IMG/VR virus record: IMGVR_UViG_3300030107_002332 | Strand: one strand, 5' to 3' | From: a virus | DNA: 64,000 bases | Shown here: positions 16,341 through 24,001 of the stretch, piece after piece | Position numbering within the stretch: position 1 is the first letter of the stretch | Layout: each line of letters starts with the position of its first letter | The notes under the pieces: model-generated | Told to the model about the DNA's origin: nothing | Databases searched by the model: none | What the model saw: only the letters and a program-made list of their open reading frames with translations | Made by a program: the position numbers and the translations under genes

Positions 16341-17993
16341 TCACCTGAAGTCTAGCATGTGCTGTACATCTCCGTATTCCGCGATTTCCCAACGTTCTCC
16401 TTGAGCATCAACAAAGGACTCTTCTTCTTGTCCATCACTAATGAATCCGAACGGTGCCATATCTTGTTCTATAGAGTCTCTTTGATCCGCATATATTCTT
16501 GCTCGAACATCATTATCATGCATCTCCTTAAAGTAATCTTGCATAGCCATCCATGCAAACATAACCAAGCACATAGCAAGGTCATCATGACATCCATCTT
16601 CTGCTTGGAAACTATTACCCTTTTGAATAAAGGTTGTCAATTCTGCAATAGTATCATAATCAGATATGTGTAATTTATCCTCTTCTATTAATGCTTTGAG
16701 ATTAGAACATCCAACTTGCTTTGTGGCAGTTGACATCTTAACTCCTAACTGAGTTTTCTTACCTGAGAATCCCTGTCCTAATTGTTGACCTGCTCTTCCT
16801 CTCATAGCAGCCATCAATAGGTTTTCATACTCCAAATCAAATTGAATTATATCTGCAACCTGACCTCCTATATCATTTACTTCACATAAAATATATGCAT
16901 TATTATAATTCTTAGCAACATCTACTATGATATTGGGAAATATAATAGGTTTAATTTCATTGTTTTTATATCTTGCTACCAGTTTATATGGTATCTCTGT
17001 AGTATCCATCACAGTAAAAGCAGATGCATCTCCACCAATACCACGAGATACATCAACCGTCACAATATAATTATGCTCTTCTTTAACATCTTCATATACT
17101 GCAAGACCTCTATTCTGTCTTAATGGATCTTCATATGGCATGACCCTTAACTTACTTGCTGATATTAAAGTATCAACAGATCCTAAGAATTCACATTCAA
17201 ACTCAACTTTAAACTGTGCCTCTGATGTGTTAGCAATGGTTTGTTCTTTCCATGCATCATCTCTACCAGGAACTTGAGACCAATGTACATCAGTAGTTAC
17301 ATATTCATTCTTCTTTAACTCAGCATCATGCCAGAGTTTATAGAACATGTTCATACCGTGAGGTGTAGATATGATAATAACTTTAGTTTTCTTACCAGAA
17401 GATACAGTAGGATAGACAGAACTAAAGAACTGTTCAGCAATATGATTCGGAACGAAAGCGAACTCGTCCAAAAATATGATATTAAACGACATACCCCTAA
17501 CAGCAGATGCAGAAGTAGAAGCAGCCAAGATTTTACTTCCATTCTCCAGTTCCAAAGATCCTTTGTTCCATCCGAGGATTCCTTGTTGGAGCCATTTAGG
17601 GAGGTTTTCATAACTTAATTGCAATCTTTGTAACATCTCTCTTGCAGTAGCAGCCTTGTTAGCAAGAATTGCTACGTTCACATTAGCATTGAATAAAACA
17701 TACCAAAGCAAATAAGAGGTAACAATAGTAGACTTACCAGACTGCCGTGGTAGTTTTGCTATGTTAAATCTATAGTCATGAAATTTTTCAACCATCTTCT
17801 CTTGAAAGTCATACATTCTAAATGGTATGACACCTTCATCAAGAGATACAATTCTTACATACTTCTGTATGAAGTATACAGGATCCTCAGCGCACTTTAA
17901 AAACTCAGCAACTTGCTTCTTAGTGAAGTTCTGAGCAACGTTTGCCTTTTTAAGATTAGGATTACCTAAGTATACTTCTTGTGCTGCACTCAT
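16341..17993 (-). CDS. g17: Terminase large subunit gp17
   Basis: YLGNPNLKKAN, LPRQSGKST (Walker A), IIFLDEFAFV (Walker B), STPHGMNMFY, VDVSRG, HDDLAMCL. Confidence 0.98.
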   Translation of the reverse strand: MSAAQEVYLGNPNLKKANVAQNFTKKQVAEFLKCAEDPVYFIQKYVRIVSLDEGVIPFRMYDFQEKMVEKFHDYRFNIAKLPRQSGKSTIVTSYLLWYVLFNANVNVAILANKAATAREMLQRLQLSYENLPKWLQQGILGWNKGSLELENGSKILAASTSASAVRGMSFNIIFLDEFAFVPNHIAEQFFSSVYPTVSSGKKTKVIIISTPHGMNMFYKLWHDAELKKNEYVTTDVHWSQVPGRDDAWKEQTIANTSEAQFKVEFECEFLGSVDTLISASKLRVMPYEDPLRQNRGLAVYEDVKEEHNYIVTVDVSRGIGGDASAFTVMDTTEIPYKLVARYKNNEIKPIIFPNIIVDVAKNYNNAYILCEVNDIGGQVADIIQFDLEYENLLMAAMRGRAGQQLGQGFSGKKTQLGVKMSTATKQVGCSNLKALIEEDKLHISDYDTIAELTTFIQKGNSFQAEDGCHDDLAMCLVMFAWMAMQDYFKEMHDNDVRARIYADQRDSIEQDMAPFGFISDGQEEESFVDAQGERWEIAEYGDVQHMLDFR

Positions 17994-18199
17994 GACTTAG
18001 TTTCTTCTATTGCTTCTTTAATTACAGTCTTTAATTGTCTTAATTTCTTTTTACCAAGACCTGCTCTTGTATCTATCTTAACCTTTAACCAATATACAAA
18101 GGCAAGTACCAGTATAAATTGAATACCTTCACCCCATGATAGGTTCCATGCTTCATTAAGATCTAATGATGCAGCAGCAAATGTGTTTAATAAATTCAT
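17990..18199 (-). CDS. Small single-pass membrane protein (69 aa)
   Basis: One hydrophobic stretch (IQFILVLAFVYWL) then a basic tail; ATGA-coupled to g17. Confidence 0.7.
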   Translation of the reverse strand: MNLLNTFAAASLDLNEAWNLSWGEGIQFILVLAFVYWLKVKIDTRAGLGKKKLRQLKTVIKEAIEETKS

Positions 18200-18390
18200 T
18201 TTTCAGCAGCGTATAATGCAAATGTAGAAGTAGTTATAACAGTCATCATGTTAGCAATGTGTTGCTTCACATCAGAGTCACATACCTTACCAGGCATAAA
18301 GCAACCAAATATAGTTGCTCCTACTATTCCTAACTGGAATAAGATCACAATCCTTATGAGATCTATAACCCTATCTTTACTATCCCTCAT
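18196..18390 (-). CDS. Small membrane protein (64 aa, two hydrophobic segments)
   Basis: LIRIVILFQLGIVGATIFGCF and MMTVITTSTFALY; ATGA-coupled to the next ORF. Confidence 0.65.
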   Translation of the reverse strand: MRDSKDRVIDLIRIVILFQLGIVGATIFGCFMPGKVCDSDVKQHIANMMTVITTSTFALYAAEK

Positions 18391-18844
18391 TCAATGTTCC
18401 AAAAGATCTACGAATCTCTCGTAGATCCTCAAAATTTTTCTGCTTAGTTCCACCATCGTATGCCCAAGCATACCCTTCGGTGATCATCTGTTCATTTAAT
18501 GAAATATCAGCATCGCCAATGTAGAGCCAACCAAGAAGCCTACCATACTTCCCAACGCCACCCTTAAGTTCAGTTCTAATAAGGAGTTCTTCATCACCCT
18601 TGATCGTTTCTGTAAGTTTTTCCTTCATCCAGTTCGTAGCGTCTATCCCAAGGGCTTTCTCCTCCAAGTCCCTTGTCCTCTTCTCTGGAGTGTCCACACC
18701 CGCAATTCTTACCCGTTCTTTCTTGTATAAATCGAATCCAAGATCTATGGTGACATCTATCGTGTCTCCGTCCAGTACCTTGTTTATCTTCGTCACTCGG
18801 AAGTTGTAACAACTCTTCCGACTCGGTGGTGTCATCGCTCCCAT
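18380..18844 (-). CDS. Staphylococcal nuclease (SNase/thermonuclease)-like protein
   Basis: KVLDGDTIDV, RVRIAGVDTPE, GKYGRLLGWLY, LNEQMITEGYAWAY. Confidence 0.9.
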   Translation of the reverse strand: MGAMTPPSRKSCYNFRVTKINKVLDGDTIDVTIDLGFDLYKKERVRIAGVDTPEKRTRDLEEKALGIDATNWMKEKLTETIKGDEELLIRTELKGGVGKYGRLLGWLYIGDADISLNEQMITEGYAWAYDGGTKQKNFEDLREIRRSFGTLNEG

Positions 18845-18980
18845 CTAGTTCGTACTCCGTAAGTGATCTATTTATAGATTCTTCAATGGGAGTACGATTC
18901 TGCTCCGACTGCCAATTCCTCATATCCTGAATCGCTTGATTCGGGGTCATCATTAATAATGGGGTTAGGATTCCAATCAT
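18594..18980 (-). CDS. Overprinted hypothetical protein (about 128 aa)
   Basis: MIGILTPLLMMTPNQAIQDMRNW...; the frame stays open for 251 nt inside the nuclease gene, where nuclease codons avoid creating stops. Confidence 0.5.
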   Translation of the reverse strand: MIGILTPLLMMTPNQAIQDMRNWQSEQNRTPIEESINRSLTEYELDGSDDTTESEELLQLPSDEDKQGTGRRHDRCHHRSWIRFIQERTGKNCGCGHSREEDKGLGGESPWDRRYELDEGKTYRNDQG

Positions 18981-19068
18981 CGTATTTGAATATCCAGTAT
19001 ATTGTAACACCAACCCCTACCAAAAGTAAAGCCAGCATAATATTTATTGACCAGACTACCTCAGACAT
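18883..19068 (-). CDS. Small single-pass membrane protein (61 aa)
   Basis: MSEVVWSINIMLALLLVGVGVTIYWIFK...; start overlaps the upstream stop (ATGTCTGA). Confidence 0.7.
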   Translation of the reverse strand: MSEVVWSINIMLALLLVGVGVTIYWIFKYDDWNPNPIINDDPESSDSGYEELAVGAESYSH

Positions 19069-19159
19069 ATGCCTGTGCAGCAAGCCATGTTGATAGACCC
19101 AAAGAAGTTCCCATGATGGTGAGTCGGCTCATCCACCACATTATTTCGTGCTTATTCAT
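19061..19159 (-). CDS. Very small hydrophobic protein (32 aa), not in the ORF track
   Basis: MNKHEIMWWMSRLTIMGTSLGLSTWLAAQAYV*; ATGA overlap upstream and ATGTCTGA overlap downstream, so it fills the gap exactly. Confidence 0.65.
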   Translation of the reverse strand: MNKHEIMWWMSRLTIMGTSLGLSTWLAAQAYV

Positions 19160-19359
19160 ATCATTGACCCTTGTGAACGTAACCAGTCTAATCCTGTTTC
19201 GTTAGTACACCTATCAATAAAATGAGGATGCTCCCGTAGAAACGGGACATCCTCTTTACTGTGTTCTATTGCTTCGTACGAGTCTGTAGCGTACTCGCAT
19301 ATTTCTAAATGATGCTGTTCAGCATCGTGATACCCTACGGTATAGTGTGACAGGGGCAT
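19156..19359 (-). CDS. Small His-rich hypothetical protein (67 aa)
   Basis: MPLSHYTVGYHD...EICEYA.D.YEA...SKEDVPFL.EHPH.ID; ATAAATA motif 26 nt upstream. Confidence 0.7.
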   Translation of the reverse strand: MPLSHYTVGYHDAEQHHLEICEYATDSYEAIEHSKEDVPFLREHPHFIDRCTNETGLDWLRSQGSMI

Positions 19360-19384
19360 GATCTTTCAATCCCAGATACGTACT

Positions 19385-19391
19385 TATTTAT
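19385..19391 (-). promoter_or_regulatory. Putative late promoter (ATAAATA)
   Basis: Intergenic, upstream of the small-gene chain and g17. Confidence 0.55.
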
Positions 19392-19409
19392 TATAGCACG
19401 TAAGTATAA

Positions 19410-19565
19410 TTAACTACTATTATCCTCTTTTGAACACAATTTATCGTAGTGGTCTGGGTGACTATATGGTTTCAACCCTTTCTCTTCTTCTTGCTTAGCC
19501 TGACGGTTTAAGAGCTGCCTATAACGATCCAGCTCTTCCCTGTACTTCTTTTCAGAATCAGTCAT
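19410..19565 (-). CDS. Small charged hypothetical protein (51 aa), not in the ORF track
   Basis: MTDSEKKYREELDRYRQLLNRQAKQEEEKGLKPYSHPDHYDKLCSKEDNSS*; fills the gap between the 223-aa gene and the next promoter. Confidence 0.55.
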   Translation of the reverse strand: MTDSEKKYREELDRYRQLLNRQAKQEEEKGLKPYSHPDHYDKLCSKEDNSS

Positions 19566-19585
19566 TTAATTGTACCAATAAGTGT

Positions 19586-20257
19586 TTACTTATAATGATA
19601 CGCTGGTTTAGAAGTCTTCTTAGGTAATTTTCCTGACCTGATCTTTGTTCCAGAGGTTTCTCCGTCTCCCTCCTTGTGTTTTCCTGGTTTGGATTTACCT
19701 AAATTTACTGATTTGCCTGGTTTCTTGGATTGAGTGTCATGTAATCTTGCAGGTTTGTCCTTATCTTTGGTGATAACTGACTCCTGTCCATGTTTCCGTC
19801 CGAGTCGTCTCATAGTCTTACCAAACCTTCTCTTGCTCATCTTATCTGGTTTACTTGTTTGGTACGAAACTTCTCTTCCAGTCCCTTCTTTTCCACCATC
19901 GGATGTATATTTGTATTCGCCTACACCCTTCTTATATCCAATCCCCTTTTTCTTTAAATCTTTTTCAAGACCTTTACGCTTCTTCCTATTATCTTTTTCA
20001 GAGCTACCACGGTCTGCAGATATATTACCAGTCGTTTTTGTCTTCGACTTAGTTAACATTCTTGTAGTTGGGTTGCCTTCAACGAGAGCAATAAAGTCTT
20101 TATAATACATAACTTTGAGATTTTCTTTTTGTGCTAACTTATTGGCAGTAGCATACATTACTTTCTTCGCATCATTTCCATATCGTGATTTGAAGTCTTT
20201 GGTACGACGTTTCATACCTTTGACTATCTTCTCTGCCTTTTGGTTAACCAGAGGCAT
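19586..20257 (-). CDS. Highly basic hypothetical protein (223 aa), candidate internal head protein
   Basis: K/R-rich; contains MYYKDFIALVE, similar to the T4 capsid-targeting sequence MKTYQEFIAE. Confidence 0.7.
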   Translation of the reverse strand: MPLVNQKAEKIVKGMKRRTKDFKSRYGNDAKKVMYATANKLAQKENLKVMYYKDFIALVEGNPTTRMLTKSKTKTTGNISADRGSSEKDNRKKRKGLEKDLKKKGIGYKKGVGEYKYTSDGGKEGTGREVSYQTSKPDKMSKRRFGKTMRRLGRKHGQESVITKDKDKPARLHDTQSKKPGKSVNLGKSKPGKHKEGDGETSGTKIRSGKLPKKTSKPAYHYK

Positions 20258-20258
20258 G

Positions 20259-20795
20259 TTAGCCTCCTACCACTTGAACTTCCTCTACGATAACCGCACT
20301 TGTTGCAACAGTTATCTTAACACAGCGTTGTATTAGTGCTTTTCTACCTGATGACCAAGTATAGTCTGCACTTGCACTAGATGAATCTATATCTGTACTG
20401 AGCATATTAGTAAAGTTAGTAGCAGTAATCTTTTTACCAGCAGTTCCTGCAGATAAGAAGTTACTATCAATTGTCGGAGATGTGCTATCATCTACAACTG
20501 CAATATAATCATCTACTGAAAATGGATGGTTGGTAGAAGTATCTTGGATATGTTCACCAACATAATAATCAGCAGTAGAATCATCAACTGCTTTTATAAC
20601 TTTTGCTTGACCTGGTTTACCACCTCTCACAAGTATAAATTCATTTTGAACTAATGTTATTGCTGGACCTCCATTAAAGGAAACGGTAGCAGCACCTGCG
20701 GTGGAACCTACTCTATAAAAACCTGTTTGTACAACCTGATATTCAGATGCACCTGCGGCCACAGAGTTCGTACTTAATACGTTCAGAACTGTCAT
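20259..20795 (-). CDS. Hypothetical, probably virion-associated beta-rich protein (178 aa)
   Basis: S/T/A/V-rich composition; has its own TATAAATA late promoter. Confidence 0.7.
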   Translation of the reverse strand: MTVLNVLSTNSVAAGASEYQVVQTGFYRVGSTAGAATVSFNGGPAITLVQNEFILVRGGKPGQAKVIKAVDDSTADYYVGEHIQDTSTNHPFSVDDYIAVVDDSTSPTIDSNFLSAGTAGKKITATNFTNMLSTDIDSSSASADYTWSSGRKALIQRCVKITVATSAVIVEEVQVVGG

Positions 20796-20803
20796 TGTCG
20801 TGT

Positions 20804-21226
20804 CTATGTAGTTTCTTCTGGTTTATTTATATTTTTTAACATCTTCTGTAAGTCACTTGTACTTCCAACGAACATTGCATTAGTGACACTGGTTGGTCCT
20901 TTCTTATCTTCCTTATCTAATTCTTTCATCTTTGTTTGCAGATCAATCAACTTGTCTGTCGTATCTGCCACGTGTTTGATGAGTTGACCAGCAACTTCAT
21001 AAGCTCTTGGATGATCACTTGCTCGTGCCACATCAAGTATTCCATCTACTGCCTCCTGTCCTTTCATTACCAAGCTATGTAGTTGAGCACGAGAAGTCTC
21101 ATAATCCTGTTGCACATCAGGACTTTCGCTCTTTTTAATTTCAGTTTTAACACTCTCTACGTGCTTTTGTAATTCAGATGGTTCATCACCAAATGCTTTA
21201 TCTAATCCACCAAATAAGTCTGCCAT
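20804..21226 (-). CDS. g16: Terminase small subunit gp16
   Basis: DYETSRAQL..L..KGQEAVDGIL.VA..SDHPRAYEVAGQLIK..AD..DKL.DLQ.KMK...TNA.FVGST.DLQK.LK. Confidence 0.95.
   Translation of the reverse strand: MADLFGGLDKAFGDEPSELQKHVESVKTEIKKSESPDVQQDYETSRAQLHSLVMKGQEAVDGILDVARASDHPRAYEVAGQLIKHVADTTDKLIDLQTKMKELDKEDKKGPTSVTNAMFVGSTSDLQKMLKNINKPEETT
20824..20831 (-). promoter_or_regulatory. T4-type late promoter TATAAATA inside the 3' end of g16
   Basis: Exact consensus 29 nt upstream of the ATG at 20795. Confidence 0.7.
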
Positions 21227-21228
21227 AA

Positions 21229-22260
21229 TTAAATTGCCACATCAGCACCACTAACAGGATCACGTTTCTTCATGTCCTCAAAGTCTGAGGTCATTTCACC
21301 AAATCCAAAGTCATCATCAGAATCTACAAGATCATGATCTGCACTATCTATCTTAAGAACTGGTGCACTGGCAGCATGTGCTGCTGCTGTACTACCATAC
21401 CATCCACGACTAACATGAAGAGTACTACCAACTACTCTATTGACATGCATAACCTCAGTACCAATCTGAAGTTCATCTCCTTGAGAGAATGAGGATACAC
21501 TTGCAAGAGTGATAATACCATCTGTAGCAGTTATAGCATTAGTGACTGAAGTTACTCCAACACCATCTCTATCAATCTGTGATTCTGGTACTACTGTATA
21601 ACGCTTCTGTCTTGGTGCTCTTGTTGTATTAGTATCTGTATAGTAATCTGTAATTGCCTTTCTGATAACCTTGCTGTCTGTAACAGGACCGTATAGGTAA
21701 GTCTTGGCAGTAAATGATAAGGTATAAATTATTGCTCTACGGGATGTGAAGTCTCCTTCATAATCATCTTGATAGTTTATATTGTTTAAAACTACAGGAA
21801 CATCTTTTATTTCTCCTACAGTTGTTAAGAGTTTAACTGCGAGATTATAATGAGGTTGAAAGAAAGGAAGAATTTGTTCAATGATTTGTAATCCGTCATC
21901 CTGATTCTTTGATATAATTGCCAATTCAAATCCAATATTGTAAGGCACAGGCATAAAGACGTTCTTGTTCTCATCCGTATCCTTTTTAAATTTTATTTTT
22001 TGTGTAGGAGATACTTTCCTTTGAGGGTCGTAACTAACTCCATTAATCTCAAATGATAATCTTGGTAGTGTTATCTGAACTCTTTTATTAGTAGGATCAG
22101 GATTTTGATCTAACCGTGCTAAGAATTTCTGTTGAGGTCCATAGGCTAAAGGAACCTTCATAACCTCATCTTGTCGTCTGATCTCTATGTTATTGAATAG
22201 AGTACCAAAGGCAACAATGGTCTTGCGAAATATTTCGTTATAACTATAAGTTCCAAGCAT
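21229..22260 (-). CDS. g15: Tail sheath terminator/stabiliser gp15 with a C-terminal inserted module
   Basis: FRKTIVAFGTLFNNI, KVPLAYGPQQKFLARL, TLPRLSFE, PVPYNIGFEL, DGLQIIEQILPFFQP, YQDDYEGDF..RR.IIYTL.FT.K.YLYGP. Confidence 0.95.
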   Translation of the reverse strand: MLGTYSYNEIFRKTIVAFGTLFNNIEIRRQDEVMKVPLAYGPQQKFLARLDQNPDPTNKRVQITLPRLSFEINGVSYDPQRKVSPTQKIKFKKDTDENKNVFMPVPYNIGFELAIISKNQDDGLQIIEQILPFFQPHYNLAVKLLTTVGEIKDVPVVLNNINYQDDYEGDFTSRRAIIYTLSFTAKTYLYGPVTDSKVIRKAITDYYTDTNTTRAPRQKRYTVVPESQIDRDGVGVTSVTNAITATDGIITLASVSSFSQGDELQIGTEVMHVNRVVGSTLHVSRGWYGSTAAAHAASAPVLKIDSADHDLVDSDDDFGFGEMTSDFEDMKKRDPVSGADVAI

Positions 22261-23186
22261 TAGATTGATACGTCAGTTGAACTGCCAACACTTCCAAATG
22301 GGTTGGCTTCAGTAAAGTCAATGATGTCATTGTCAGCCTGTTCAAACTGATAACTCTCATCGTATTCACTATTTTTATTATCTATCGTATTATATGTAGC
22401 AGTTGTCCAAGAAGCACTTGAAGTACCACCTGTAATAGTTTCTGGTATAGTGAAAGTACCAGAACGATTAAGAACAATAAGTGTTCTGGTAGCACTATCC
22501 CAAGACTTAACCTCAGCAGTTACATTAGAACTACCACCAGTTACTGTCTCACCAACAGTAAAGTCTCCACTACCACCTGCTACGAGACCGACTGTAATTG
22601 CATTAGCAAAGGCAGTCTCAATAGCATCAAGAGCAGCAATACCAGTGTCAATCTCCTCGTCACTGTACTCGAAGAGTTCACATTGACATTCCCAAACATA
22701 CCCTTTACCTAACTGATAGAAAGGACGTTCTACTTCTACGAATTGTATTTCAAACAAATGTCTTGTTATTGGGAACCATATTAGATCCCCCTCGTTTGGT
22801 CTTCCTTCGACATTAAGGACTGTAGAGTCGTCAACCTTTTCTTTAAACTTTTCACGGGAGAATATAAACGTCGTTTTATCTTCGATACGTACTCCGAATT
22901 TGCTAAGTAACTCGCCTTGGCCTTCCCATCCTTCGACATTATTGACATATGCTCGGATTGGTTTTGCCGATTCAAATTTGCCATCCGAATCTTCTCCGAA
23001 AACTGTGTCACGATTGACGATAGTCCTCGGTACATAATATATGTCTTGGCCATAAATTTCAATGCTTTCAACGATAAGGTTTTCTATAAATTTTTGTTCC
23101 TGAGCAGAACCATTAATGTTTAAACGTGCAGAATTTGTATAATCTGACTGAACATAGTCCTGTGCTGGCGAGTTAGAAATTGCCAT
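22260..23186 (-). CDS. g14: Neck protein gp14
   Basis: EQKFIENLIVESIEIYGQDIYYVPR, FGED, LLSKFG, RPNEGDLIWFP, FEIQFVE...PFYQLGK, NPFG. Confidence 0.95.
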   Translation of the reverse strand: MAISNSPAQDYVQSDYTNSARLNINGSAQEQKFIENLIVESIEIYGQDIYYVPRTIVNRDTVFGEDSDGKFESAKPIRAYVNNVEGWEGQGELLSKFGVRIEDKTTFIFSREKFKEKVDDSTVLNVEGRPNEGDLIWFPITRHLFEIQFVEVERPFYQLGKGYVWECQCELFEYSDEEIDTGIAALDAIETAFANAITVGLVAGGSGDFTVGETVTGGSSNVTAEVKSWDSATRTLIVLNRSGTFTIPETITGGTSSASWTTATYNTIDNKNSEYDESYQFEQADNDIIDFTEANPFGSVGSSTDVSI

Positions 23187-23189
23187 AGT

Positions 23190-23996
23190 TTATCCAATCA
23201 AGTCTAACGGTGGTAATTCATAACGATCACGTAGTTCTTTTTCAAGATCTAACTTGTACTGACTGCCATCTTCAAGAATCTGACGACCATTGAGTGTTAC
23301 TCCACCCAACATTTGAATGCCATCATACTTACTTAGGTTACGTCCCCATTGCTGTTGAAACAATGCTTCAACGTAATCTTTTAGCCAATTGTCATTAAAC
23401 ATACTAGTGTATGTAGTAGGATCCTGACGCATGGTACAGTCAACCATAATATGATCACCTGCTTGGAGTTCATTCCAATCCATGTCCATACTTAATCTAC
23501 CTGAGTGTTCATTCCACCCTATCCTACGATTTTGTTGAGAGTTTGTAACCCAGTCTAATGTTTCCAGATATTGAGATGTTAAGAAGTAATGTAATATTTG
23601 TCCATGCGTCATCGCATAGATGTCATTCAAAAAGATTTGGTATTTAATATTGAATATGTTACCTGGGACTATACTTGAAGCACCAATACTTGTGTATACA
23701 TGATTGACACCTAAGAGTCCTGGTGGTGTTGAAATATAATTATTAACACCATACCATGTAGTTGATCCTTGCTGAGTTTCTGATTGAGCTGCAGTTTTAA
23801 TTGCATCAGTAACCTCAACCTTCATCCATGCACGATAACTTCCATTATAATGATACTCTTGGTAGTAATCAATTGCTTCTTCTACCAAGTCATCAAGTTG
23901 CTCAGTCGCCACATTAATATCTACCGTAGGATACCCTAATCTACGAAGAGCATAGTCTTTTAACTCTGTTTTAGTTGCAGGTCTAGTTGTGGACAT
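23190..23996 (-). CDS. g13: Neck protein gp13
   Basis: ELKDYALRRLGYPTVDINV..EQLDD.VEEAI.YY.EYHYNG, WLKDYVEAL.QQQWG.NL.KYDG..MLGGVTLNG. Confidence 0.95.
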   Translation of the reverse strand: MSTTRPATKTELKDYALRRLGYPTVDINVATEQLDDLVEEAIDYYQEYHYNGSYRAWMKVEVTDAIKTAAQSETQQGSTTWYGVNNYISTPPGLLGVNHVYTSIGASSIVPGNIFNIKYQIFLNDIYAMTHGQILHYFLTSQYLETLDWVTNSQQNRRIGWNEHSGRLSMDMDWNELQAGDHIMVDCTMRQDPTTYTSMFNDNWLKDYVEALFQQQWGRNLSKYDGIQMLGGVTLNGRQILEDGSQYKLDLEKELRDRYELPPLDLIG

Positions 23997-24001
23997 TTAT
24001 T

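Noticed and set aside
19734-20336. Plus-strand F/L-rich ORFs opposite the basic 223-aa gene
   Set aside because: Complement of poly-Lys codons; low-complexity artefact
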